This document shows, one piece after another, positions 32,685 through 42,293 of a stretch of DNA of 64,000 nucleotides (position 1 is its first letter; every line of letters starts with the position of its first letter). The position numbers and the translations under genes are program-made. The notes under the pieces are model-generated. The model ran no database searches and was not told the DNA's origin. It worked only from the letters and a program-made list of their open reading frames with translations. The stretch is from NCBI GenBank assembly GCA_965603825.1, contig CBFDEM010000011.1:434001-498000 (forward strand), written 5' to 3'. This stretch comes from Blepharisma stoltei ATCC 30299 (lineage: Eukaryota; Protista; Ciliophora).

Positions 32685-33137
32685 TAAGGAAAAATATTCA
32701 GGAATAATGGAATTATTAAGCCAGATTCTTATGAATATGAACTAATTTCTGCAAATCTATATTAAATATAAAGCTAATAAATTCTCTAAGGTAAATTGAA
32801 AATTGTGAGAAAGTTCGTATCTAGAATTAGATGAGCATAAGAGCATATAAAAAGTCTCCAAGTTCAATTTCTGAATGAAAAAAATTATCACCAATTTAAG
32901 AAATCAGAATTCTAAAAATATTAAGGGTGAAATTACATCAAATTTCCAGACCTAGAGAATGATTTAGTTGACCATTTTAGGGTAATCAGGCAGCAAGGTA
33001 TTCAAGCTCTCAGAAAACAATTGAAGAGAAAGCTAAAAGAGTTGTAGCAGAAATGGGATTAGCAATTGGTTGTAGGTAAAGAGGCAATAATTATCGTAAG
33101 AAGAGTTTTTCTGAAATTTATAATTTATATAAGGAAA
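32685..33137 (+). mobile_element. Decayed pogo/Tigger-type (CENP-B-like HTH) transposase fragment
   Basis: 32940-33061 reads KFPDLENDLVDHFRVIRQQGIQ / 1-nt frameshift / SQKTIEEKAKRVVAEMGL, fitting the CENP-B/Tc5 HTH pattern. The segment is absent from duplicate copy 2 and is flanked by TAAGGAAA direct repeats. Confidence 0.6.
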
Positions 33138-34043
33138 GGATTTCAGAAGTCATAGTAATTATTAATCTAAGCATAAATTTTTTGGCTTATCGTAGTGATC
33201 TGATTTTTCATTGAAAATTAATAAAAAAAATAAATTTAATAAATAGCTAATATGGTCATCTTAGATGAGCATTTAAATAGATTAGATTGGAGAAGGGATG
33301 ATTAGCTACAAAAAATATTATGCACAAAGCATCACGGTGATGAAAAGTAAAATAATTCCTTGAGTATTTTAAAATCATTGGGGTGGAAATTAAAAAATTT
33401 ATAGATATAAATCTTCAGGAAATTTTCTGATTTTTTTGATAAAATTTTATATTTTAAGTGCTTTATATAAAGAAAATAATATAATTCTGTTGTTTTTTTG
33501 CCTCATGTAATGAGAATCTATATCTATTCATAAGCCATTTTTGAAACTTATTTGATGTTCTCAAGTCTTAAAACTGCTTAAAACATTTGAAAGATCAAGT
33601 GTATTGTGTCTAAATTAATTTTCGAACAGATATAGATTGCATATCTATGATTGTGAATCAATTTCTAAATAAATTCATATGCATTTTTGTTAGCCATATA
33701 CAAAATTATTCTAAATCTGCTCAGAATCCATTTTATTAGCTTTTTTGCCGCTGGAGAATGCAAAATCTCCCTCACATTGTGAGATTTAGCTCTTTTGTGA
33801 TTATTGCTCCTGTAGGATTTAAGATGATTTAGAAATTCTATGAAGGATCACGGCCTTCCACAATAAGGATTCCGTCAAAAAGTTATACAATAATTATTCA
33901 TTATATGTTTCGGTCTAGCCGAAATTCAGACCAGTACACAAGCAATTTGAGTGCTTATATGGGTAATTTTAGATTCTGATGTTTTTGTGGAATCATTGAC
34001 AAAAAATAAATTCTCGCAACTAATCCATTTTATAAAAATAAAT

Positions 34044-34466
34044 ATGTTAGCTCAGGGCTCACAAAGCTCGATTTCAATAGATTCGGTCTTATCTTCTATA
34101 ACCCAGCAGTGTTCAGGATTGCTCCAAAACGGCAATTCAAACTTATCTGACTTAGAAAAACTAGTAGGCGAAATCCATAATAATATTTCTTTGCTCCAAA
34201 AGGCAAACGAAAGCTTTATGCAGTTTGAGGATGAAGGAAGGCTTCAGAATGAAGCCTACTCGAAAATCCTTAAAATTTCTAATGAAATAAATGCTTTAAG
34301 GGCTAAAAAAGACAGGCAAACTATGCTCAGAAACCGCCTTGATAGTCTAGTGTACAAGTATTCAGTAGTCCCAAAGCGACTAAAAGCAAAGAAGGACATT
34401 AAAAAAATTCAGAAAAAACTCGAGGACTTAAAAAAAAATTCTAACCTGTTTTCTAAAGGTTTATAA
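34044..34466 (+). CDS. Small coiled-coil protein, duplicate copy 2
   Basis: ATG at 34044 (MLAQGSQSS) aligns with the copy 1 start. The track's GTG start at 33951 is unlikely. Confidence 0.6.
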   Translation: MLAQGSQSSISIDSVLSSITQQCSGLLQNGNSNLSDLEKLVGEIHNNISLLQKANESFMQFEDEGRLQNEAYSKILKISNEINALRAKKDRQTMLRNRLDSLVYKYSVVPKRLKAKKDIKKIQKKLEDLKKNSNLFSKGL

Positions 34467-34869
34467 AATCATTCTACTTTAGAAACAATAACTTCACCGC
34501 TCTGTTTTGGTAAGCAATAATAAATAAAAAGCTTATAATAACTTTATCCTCGAAAAATAAATCTGCTCCAAATTGATAAGAAATGCACCAGAATTATAAT
34601 AAAACGCATTTTAGTTAAAAAATAAATTAATAGGGTTTCTTGATGATAATAAAAAATGAATAGGGAAAGGATTTCAGAAACCATAATAATTATTGAACTT
34701 ATACGTGAACTTGGCTTATCAGAATGACCTAATTACTATGGAATTTAGATTTTAGATTAAAAAAAATTCGATAGTTTGGCTAAGAGTAATTTAATAATTC
34801 ATGAAAATAAAAAAAGTCTTTGAATAATTTGATAAAATAAGATTATATAGATATTTTGGCTGAAAATAC

Positions 34870-35169
34870 TTAAGATTGCCTTCGTAATGATTTCAACAGA
34901 ATATAGCTTAAATGGCAGCTCGGAATTAAAATGACTATAGATAATGTCCAAAACCCTATTGCATTTGGTAAATCTTCAAGTTTAAGTCAAAACTCAAATC
35001 CTATAATTCCCATCGTTAAACTCATAAAAATACACCCAAAAATAATAATCACTAACGTTGGTGTTGCCTTTATTTCTTTATCATCCCCTCTTGCCATTCT
35101 TTTATTTTCACCCTTAAAAAACCCATTCAAGTTCTCCATATCATTTTCGCTTATTTTACTAAAATCCAT
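34870..35169 (-). CDS. Small two-TM membrane protein (TMEM230/TMEM134-like, tentative)
   Basis: TGA 34987 read as Trp extends the ORF to ...GFWTLSIVILIPSCHLSYILLKSLRRQS* (99 aa, two hydrophobic segments). Confidence 0.55.
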
Positions 35170-35296
35170 GTATATTTTATTATTTTAAAATAGAACTATT
35201 ACAAATAAAATCTCAGTAGTGTAATTTCGAGACCTCTGCAAGCACATATGCTAAACTAAATTAATATTTATTAATTCAAAATGATATAATAACCTA

Positions 35297-36223
35297 TTAG
35301 CCCCATGTAAAAATGTCTGTATGTGAAAGCTGCTGACTGTGTTTTATCCTTGCAATGTTTTTTTCTTCTGGTGGAGACTCCCATGTGAGTGGGTTTCCAT
35401 TATTTTTTACCTGTGGCTCCACTTTTTTTCTATGGTTCAGCACGACTCCAGTGACAACAGTGTCAAGCTCTTGTTTTAGCAATTCTTTATTAGCCCTTCT
35501 TCTGACACCTTTTGTGGTTGGATTAATTGAAGGTGGCTGATTTAAGGGATGATTTAAATTGGCTGACGCACTTTGAGACCTCAATGCATTTGAAATGGCT
35601 TTTCCTAATCTCTGATAGGAAGCTCCATTCTTGACTTCGCTTTCTCTCATAACTCTTTGCACCTAACTAGCAATTACTTCATCTGTTATAGGAACTCCTT
35701 TTTCTCTTAAAAAAGTCCCGAATTCGTCTTTGGTAACTTCGCCATTAACATATCGCCCGATTTTTCCATACAATTCTTGCTGAAATGGCGTTGTGTTAGT
35801 TTCATGAACAGTTGTTAAATCAGTCGACCTAAAGGTTTTTCCTACATGAGGGTTGTTGTAGTAGTCAATGTTATTTGGGATGATTTTTCTTGAAGAATAC
35901 CCAAGGCTTTTTAGGACAGAATGATAAGACCTATTGTTATCATCAAGCACTTTATTAAAAGCTGGAGTAATATTGACGCTGAAATCTTCTTTAAGATCTT
36001 CCACATATTGAGAACGTGAGATTCTGCCAGCATCAAATAAAGTATAAAGATCGTGAAGCTGCTCATAGGTTTCTTCTCTAAGAGCTTTAGAGGAGGCTAT
36101 TGAAGAAGAGCAGGAAGAATGGACGCTTGAAGGAGCTTCTTCTGGCTAGAAATTACGTTTGAGCTTTCTCAATACACTTCCAAGTGTCTGATATTCCTGT
36201 GTTGGGAGTTTTGATCCTTGCAT
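35297..36223 (-). CDS. Hypothetical protein, three exons
   Basis: ATG at 36223. Introns 36142-36156 and 35663-35677 each remove an in-frame TAG and join the track ORFs into one frame. Confidence 0.7.
35663..35677 (-). other. 15-nt intron (GTAATTGCTAGTTAG)
   Basis: GTAA..TAG, A at position 10, contains an in-frame stop. Confidence 0.8.
36142..36156 (-). other. 15-nt intron (GTAATTTCTAGCCAG)
   Basis: GTAA..CAG, A at position 10, contains an in-frame TAG. Splicing at the 15-nt CAG keeps the frame; the internal TAG at 11 nt would not. Confidence 0.75.
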
Positions 36224-36409
36224 TTATCAATATTTATAAGTTTTGTGGTGCAGATATTAAAAATTAAGCATTGAATATTATTTTAGATGCTAGAAATGAA
36301 TTTAAGGGTAAAGATTTTATATAAATAAGAATCATGCTGTTGAAGTGACTTATTAATTGAAATTTTGATATTTGTTTTTTTACTTAAATTAATTAAAAAT
36401 GCTAACTGA

Positions 36410-36470
36410 TATAGCCCGTTCCCGGCTATAGATCGGGCTATGCCCGATCTATAGCCGGGAACGGGCTATA
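36410..36470. repeat. Perfect 61-bp inverted repeat (29-bp arms, 3-nt loop) with nested palindromes
   Basis: TATAGCCCGTTCCCGGCTATAGATCGGGC-TAT-GCCCGATCTATAGCCGGGAACGGGCTATA. 17 of 29 arm bases are G/C, in very AT-rich intergenic DNA. Confidence 0.95.
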
Positions 36471-37110
36471 ATGCATCTCAATAAAATAATAAGCAATAAA
36501 TAATTATTTCTATACGTTATTCTTGTCAATAATTGAATAACACTTTACAGTAATTTTTAATTTTAAAATCTAATTTTTAACGACTTAACGAGAGATTTTT
36601 ATGATTAAATTATTTCTTTTTAAAATTAATGATGATAATGGGACATTTTGAAAAGATGACAACTTAGAAGAAGTTGAGCAACGAATTTGATTTTGGTCAT
36701 ATGATTAGAACTTTCAGAGACTGGCTCGTCAAAACGCTAAAGCATCTATAAACTCTCCTTGATTATGCTATAAATTCAAAAAGAAAATATAGAGGATTTC
36801 TAGAAAATCTCTCAGCTCTTTAAACAAAAATTAGATTATATGTGGTTTTTTGACATCCAAAACCAACAAAAAGTTGTCTGCTCTAAGTGTGGGAGATATT
36901 CTTCTTGCTCTCTATTTTATTTTGCCGCTTTTCTAATATCTTTCCTGAAGTCTCAAGATCTATCTTAAACCTCTATAAAATGCTTATCTTTTGTCCAGTG
37001 TATCTCTATTCTTTATTCCTACGATTTTGCATTCAAAATTATTTTTGTCCTAAAGCCCAGAGCCCTCTTAAATTTTTCTGCCATTATCGCAATAATTAAA
37101 AAAGGCGCGA

Positions 37111-37560
37111 ATGTCAACAAGCACTCCTAAAGGAAAATCAGGAACTCCTAGACGTGGAGGGTCAAGCTCTAAAAAAGAAGCAGTAGAACCAGCTGAAGAG
37201 ACTAAAACTCCTTCAAAATCTGTAGAAGAAGTCAAAAGGGCAACTCCAAGATCAAGATCTCGCACCCCCGCCAAAAGTCCTAAATCCTCAGCTAAAAAAC
37301 CAACCCCAGCTAAATCACCAAAATCCCCTGCGAAAACTCCAGCAAAGACTCCAGAAAAATCCCCAGCAAAAACTCCAGCAAAGTCGCCAAAATCTGGGGC
37401 CAAGTCTCCTTCAAAAATGCCAAAACAATCAACCATGGCTGAAACTGCAGCAGCTGGAAAAGGATTCCTGGAAGATAGCAATATTCCTTCTCATCAGAAA
37501 AAGACAAGAGCTTCCTCTTCAGCAAAGAAATCAAGAAGAAAGACACCATCTAAAGATTAA
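37111..37560 (+). CDS. Basic Lys/Ser/Pro/Ala-rich protein, candidate globular-domain-less linker histone H1-like
   Basis: 149 aa with many (S/T)P(A/E/S)K and SPK repeats and no folded domain. The H1 call rests on composition only. Confidence 0.5.
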   Translation: MSTSTPKGKSGTPRRGGSSSKKEAVEPAEETKTPSKSVEEVKRATPRSRSRTPAKSPKSSAKKPTPAKSPKSPAKTPAKTPEKSPAKTPAKSPKSGAKSPSKMPKQSTMAETAAAGKGFLEDSNIPSHQKKTRASSSAKKSRRKTPSKD

Positions 37561-37564
37561 AGAA

Positions 37565-38704
37565 TTAAATACTTTCTTCACTTTTAAAATTTTCCACCCT
37601 TGACTCCGGAGATAAATAAACACTCGAATGAAACTCATTTGTTGAATTCAAAAACTGGGCGTCATCAAACTTCAGTCTCATTATTGTCGAATTTAATTGT
37701 TTTTTCTGCAGCTGTAATTTCTCTATTTGGTTTTTTTGCTGCTCCACTATATTTTCCAGCTGCGAATTTTTCTCCATTAAAGGCTCGATTTTTTCTAATA
37801 AATCTTTCAATTTTCTTTCAGTTTCTGATAATTTATAGTCTAGCTCAATATTATTTTCACACATATGGTTATTGCTAATTCTAGTGTATAAACTCATCTT
37901 TTTTTCAAGCTCCAAGATTCTTTCATTTAATTTTTCTTTAATTGAAGATTCTTCTTTAAGCTTGTTCTCTAATGTAAGTTTAAGCTGCCGAAATACATTT
38001 AATCGGTCATTTTTATCAGAAATTTCTTTTAAAGCTTTATTGTAATTTTGCTGCAATTCTTTATTTTTTTTCTCTAAAATTTGATTTTTTTTTAAAATCC
38101 CTTTGAACTCTTCTTGTCTAAACCGATTATCGTCTTCTTTGTTAACCAATCCCTTTACAATCTTGGCTACTTCTTTATTTTGCTCTTTAAATACTTCTTC
38201 TAATTCCTCTTTTTCTCTTCTCAGCATAGCTGCTTCATTTGCCGCCTTTTGCTTATAACTTTCATAATTTTTCAGAGTCCTCTGCAAATTTTCATTTTCT
38301 TTGTGAACAAATTCCAATTCTTCTTTCATTTCTTTAATGATATTCTCATACTCCTTAAGTTTTTCTAAATCCCTATAATTTTCTTCTAAAATATCTTTAT
38401 ACTTTACGATTAGTTCCTGATTAGTTTCATCTTTTAATTTCAGCTCTTCTTCAACGCCGGAATGCTTATATACTTGTAGCTCTTGTTTTAAGCTATGATT
38501 TTGCTTAGTCAAATAATCAATATCCATTTTCACTTGTTCTAAATCTTTTTCGTGGGTAAACATTTCATTTTTTAATTGTTCTTCTACTTCTTTTACTTTA
38601 TTATCAGCTTGCTGCATGGATACCTTTAGACTTTGGTTTTGTGTGAGCAAGGTGTTATATTTCTTCGACAATAAATTGAATTGTTGTTCTAAGCGATCAT
38701 CCAT
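37565..38704 (-). CDS. Coiled-coil protein, unknown function
   Basis: 379-aa E/K/L/Q/N-rich ORF. Confidence 0.75.
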   Translation of the reverse strand: MDDRLEQQFNLLSKKYNTLLTQNQSLKVSMQQADNKVKEVEEQLKNEMFTHEKDLEQVKMDIDYLTKQNHSLKQELQVYKHSGVEEELKLKDETNQELIVKYKDILEENYRDLEKLKEYENIIKEMKEELEFVHKENENLQRTLKNYESYKQKAANEAAMLRREKEELEEVFKEQNKEVAKIVKGLVNKEDDNRFRQEEFKGILKKNQILEKKNKELQQNYNKALKEISDKNDRLNVFRQLKLTLENKLKEESSIKEKLNERILELEKKMSLYTRISNNHMCENNIELDYKLSETERKLKDLLEKIEPLMEKNSQLENIVEQQKNQIEKLQLQKKQLNSTIMRLKFDDAQFLNSTNEFHSSVYLSPESRVENFKSEESI

Positions 38705-38724
38705 TTAAATTTTATTTAAGAAAA

Positions 38725-39063
38725 TTAAATGTAAACTCCAGGCTGTTCTCTGACGCCAGCAAGTTTTTTTACTCTTTCTAGCATGTCTCTATATTTTTCT
38801 AAAATCCCTACGTTTTCTCGGTAAGCTTCTTGGCAGATTTCATCTGGGTCGTTTATCAGAATTTCATTAGATTTTTCAAGCTGCTTTATTGTAAGCTCGA
38901 TTTTTTCGATTTCTGCCCGGAGGATTTCTTCGTCAAGCATATTGTTTGTGATTAAAGATTGAATGTATTCATCTGGAGACAAAGGCTTGGGCTCTTCGGG
39001 CTGCTTTCTTCTGTAGTCAGTCACATAGATACCTGGAAATAATTCAATCTCGGGAGGATCCAT
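38725..39063 (-). CDS. Small helical protein, unknown function
   Basis: 112-aa ORF with good ATG context; LEKSNEIL...CQEAYRENV...GVYI. Confidence 0.65.
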   Translation of the reverse strand: MDPPEIELFPGIYVTDYRRKQPEEPKPLSPDEYIQSLITNNMLDEEILRAEIEKIELTIKQLEKSNEILINDPDEICQEAYRENVGILEKYRDMLERVKKLAGVREQPGVYI

Positions 39064-39666
39064 TTTAATAAAAATTATTTATGCTTTATAGTAAATCGAT
39101 TGCATGAATTGCATATGATTAATCCGAAAATATTTTACTTTTGGTATAAACAAGCTGAAATAAAATAAGCAAGAAGAATTTTAGAGCATATAGATTTTAG
39201 CAAAAATTGAATGTTTTGTTTTTATGAGATGCAAAGAAATATGATGATAAGAGTTTTTAATCTGTGAATTAGGTATTATTCCTACATAGTAAAGCTAAAT
39301 TAGATGGTCTTGATATTAAAGTGAATTATTTTTATTTATTTAATAATTTATTGATAATAAAAATGAAAATACTACTTATCATTGTATCTCCATATAATTT
39401 TTTGCACATTACAGATACTTTCTTAACTTTTATCATATGAATAATTCAATTTAACGAGCAGCCAACTATAACTATAAATTGCAAATAATAAAATCCTGCT
39501 CTTCAAATTCACAAAAGTTCTGCTATTTTCAACGTTCTTTAATTAAGCTTGCATTAAAAATAAAAATACTTAAATTTAAATACTTTTTAATTTAAAACGA
39601 ATTTCCCATACTAATTTTTTTCTCTAATGGCCTAATGCATTTTTTTTAAAAATAAGAATAATAAAA

Positions 39667-40563
39667 ATGCTTCAAGCAGCTATATCTAAAGATCACAATA
39701 AATCTCAGCAAGCCTTTGCAAAAGAACTCAACGCAAGAATTTCCAAGTTAAAGGTAGAGACTGAACAAAATGGCTTTACTTTCCCAGCTAATTTGCTTAC
39801 AGTAGCCAAAGAATTTTCAGATAGCCTAGCACAATCTCCAGCCCTTCATTTTGAGACTGAAAATTCTTCATCTTCTCTATCCTCTCACAGAAAAAGTGAG
39901 GAAGGGATTCCTCCGCATTCAGATCTAGAAAAAACCACCAAAAAAACGATGGAAACATTTGAATTTAATTGTTCAAGTTTAAATTCCAGCTTAAGCGATT
40001 TTGAAGATGACAGTGATCTAGGCACCACAAAATTGAAGAAAAAGTCCAAAAGTATAATAAAAGGCGTGAAAAACCAGTTAAAACAGTTTGGACGAGCTCA
40101 GTCCAAATATCTCGAAACGCACATTAGAAGTGAGACTGAAAGTTCGGCGTATAAAGAAGATTTAATTGTCCTACATAAGTCTGCAAGAGAAATACTTAAT
40201 GAGACTTTAAGAACCAAGAGAGAAATCAGAACGATGAGAAAAAGCGTTGAAGCTGCTCGTGAAATGGCAGAAACTCCCGTGAAATTCCCAAATTTAAATA
40301 AAAGGGAATTTTTATTTGCAAACCGTGACTTCGTTGACGAAGATTCAGCAGATATAAGAAGCCTTGCAAGGCAGCTTCGAGGGATCCAAACAGAAATTGA
40401 TTCAATGAATCAAAGATTATCAACAAAACAAGAAGAATTTAAATTAAAAGAGCAAGAACAAACAGAGCTTCTGAGCACCATTTTAAAGCTCAGAGAAACT
40501 GAATCGTGCGTCATAGATACAGAGCAGAAGAAAGAATCATGCAATTTATGTACTATTTTTTAA
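39667..40563 (+). CDS. Coiled-coil protein with C-terminal CxxCxIF (CaaX-like) motif
   Basis: 298-aa ORF ending ESCNLCTIF. Confidence 0.75.
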   Translation: MLQAAISKDHNKSQQAFAKELNARISKLKVETEQNGFTFPANLLTVAKEFSDSLAQSPALHFETENSSSSLSSHRKSEEGIPPHSDLEKTTKKTMETFEFNCSSLNSSLSDFEDDSDLGTTKLKKKSKSIIKGVKNQLKQFGRAQSKYLETHIRSETESSAYKEDLIVLHKSAREILNETLRTKREIRTMRKSVEAAREMAETPVKFPNLNKREFLFANRDFVDEDSADIRSLARQLRGIQTEIDSMNQRLSTKQEEFKLKEQEQTELLSTILKLRETESCVIDTEQKKESCNLCTIF

Positions 40564-40623
40564 CGTGGTAACTAATCTAATACTTATCATTAAGCCCTAT
40601 TAAGTTTTTGCATTTATGGTAAT

Positions 40624-41442
40624 ATGGTGTTATATTTCATTGGGTTAGGGCTAGGAGATGAGAAAGATATCACTGTCAAAGGCTTAGAAGCAGTACAAAA
40701 ATCTACTTATATATACTTAGAATCATACACATCTTGCTTAATCACCCCAAAATCCAAGCTAGAAGAGTTTTATGGGAAGCCAATTATTGAAGCTGATAGA
40801 ATTATGGTCGAATCAGGCTGTGACGAGATGCTAGAAAGGGCCAAAAATAACGATGTTTCCTTTCTTGTTGTAGGTGATCCATTCTGTGCTACGACTCATT
40901 CAGACTTATTCATGCGTGCTGCTAAATTACACATCCAGCTTATCGTAATCCACAATGCTTCAATTTTTACAGCAATTGGCTATAGTGGTCTTCAGCTCTA
41001 CAAGTTTGGAGAAACTGTCTCAGTTCCTTTCTTTACTGAAAGATGGAGACCGTATTCATTTTATAACAAAATTTTAGAAAACAAGCGAAGAGGATTGCAT
41101 ACTCTAGTACTTTTAGATATAAAAGTTAAAGAACAAAGCGAAGAAGATCTAATGCGAGGAAGACTAGTTTTCCAGCCACCTCGCTTCATGACTGCAAACA
41201 TCGCTTGTCAACAGATCTTAGAAGCTGAAGATAATACACAAAGCGGGCTTATTCAAAGAAATGACCTTGTTATTGGGCTATTAAGAATGGGAACTCCACA
41301 GCAAACAATAGTTGTGAAGCCTATTGAAGAAATGGCGAATATGGAAAACCTTGGAGATCCTCTGCATTCTTTAATTATCCCAGGCGAATTGCACGAAATT
41401 GAGCAAGAAATGATGCAATTTCATAGTAACACAATAAATTAA
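40624..41442 (+). CDS. DPH5: Diphthine methyl ester synthase
   Basis: LYFIGLGLGDEKDITVKGLEA, YLESYTS, VVGDPFCATTHSDL, GLQLYKFGETVS, GLHTLVLLDIK, PLHSLIIPG. Confidence 0.97.
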   Translation: MVLYFIGLGLGDEKDITVKGLEAVQKSTYIYLESYTSCLITPKSKLEEFYGKPIIEADRIMVESGCDEMLERAKNNDVSFLVVGDPFCATTHSDLFMRAAKLHIQLIVIHNASIFTAIGYSGLQLYKFGETVSVPFFTERWRPYSFYNKILENKRRGLHTLVLLDIKVKEQSEEDLMRGRLVFQPPRFMTANIACQQILEAEDNTQSGLIQRNDLVIGLLRMGTPQQTIVVKPIEEMANMENLGDPLHSLIIPGELHEIEQEMMQFHSNTIN

Positions 41443-41447
41443 AAATA

Positions 41448-42110
41448 ATGGGATTAAAAATTGATTCACTTTTATTTATTCTTGGAGGTTTCGCTCGGCT
41501 TGCTGATGTCGCAACTGATGCTTGGTATATTTCAACACAAAAATACACAAGTGAAGGATTGTATATTGCATCAATTTGCTTTGTTTGCGCTCCTACCACA
41601 TTTTTATTACTTTTTATTACCTTAACTATAGGTTATGACTATTTTAAAGGAAGACGAGAATATTTAAAAGTCAGAATCTTGCTTGGCCTTGGAATGGCTT
41701 TTGGCGAACAAATTGGGATTACGCTCTTCTTTTTTGGAATTTATTTTTACGCTGAAAAAGCTCCTCGAGAACAAAGAGACTTAGTGGATTTCCTATCTAA
41801 GATGGCTGGGCTGATGGAAGCATTTTTGAAAACAATTCCTCTAGTAATTATTCAGGTCTATAATAGTGGGACCATTGGCCGATGGAATTATATTTTAATC
41901 GTTTCTATTGGCTGCAGCATTATAGGATTGGTTTATACATGCGCTATGGTCCTGTATATGTACGATAAAATCACAGGGAAAGACATACCTGAACAAGAAA
42001 TCGAAAATAACGTAACAGTATCTGAAAATTCTACTTTTGACAATAAAGTCCACCCAAAATCAGCCTGGGTAATTACAGAAGAAGATTTGGTGGCCTACAA
42101 TAATATTTAA
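41448..42110 (+). CDS. Multi-pass membrane protein, XK-related-like
   Basis: DVATD motif and EAFLKTIPLVIIQVY, a degenerate form of the XK ExxPQ..Q motif; several TM segments. Confidence 0.5.
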   Translation: MGLKIDSLLFILGGFARLADVATDAWYISTQKYTSEGLYIASICFVCAPTTFLLLFITLTIGYDYFKGRREYLKVRILLGLGMAFGEQIGITLFFFGIYFYAEKAPREQRDLVDFLSKMAGLMEAFLKTIPLVIIQVYNSGTIGRWNYILIVSIGCSIIGLVYTCAMVLYMYDKITGKDIPEQEIENNVTVSENSTFDNKVHPKSAWVITEEDLVAYNNI

Positions 42111-42198
42111 TTGAAAAATTTAGAAAACCTTATAAATAAAATTTTAGAATTTTTTGATAATTTTTGAGGTCAAAAATGGAATAATAAATATTAAATTA

Positions 42199-42263
42199 TG
42201 GGAACGATGATACTCGTCACTACCACTGATATGTGATTATTAATATTCTGCTTCACTGACCCA
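42199..42263 (+). ncRNA. Box C/D snoRNA with two rRNA guides
   Basis: Terminal stem TGGG/CCCA; box C ACGATGA (42204-42210); guide CTCGTCACTACC; D' CTGA (42226-42229); C'-like TGATTA; guide ATTCTGCTTCA; box D CTGA (42256-42259). The guides complement conserved SSU GGUAGUGAC and LSU UGAAGCAGAAU. Confidence 0.8.
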
Positions 42264-42293
42264 CATTTATGATTATTTATATACTTACAATGA

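Larger units (their letters stand above)
30960..34720. repeat. Diverged tandem segmental duplication (copy 1 about 30960-33200, copy 2 about 33425-34720)
   Basis: Shared non-coding blocks in the same order (AAGTCTTAAAACTGCTTAAA; AAATCTGCTCAGAA.CCATTTTA; GGAAAGGATTTCAGAA) plus paralogous ORFs. Boundaries approximate. Confidence 0.75.

Noticed and set aside
36629-36886. Coding-looking stretch with several TAA/TAG (possible pseudogene or UAR=Gln read-through)
   Set aside because: No recognisable protein motif, and TAA/TAG are real stops everywhere else in the window.
42281-42288. ATACTTAC resembling the 5' end of U1 snRNA
   Set aside because: Not followed by CTG or U1 stem-loops; it runs straight into the antisense of the MORN gene end.
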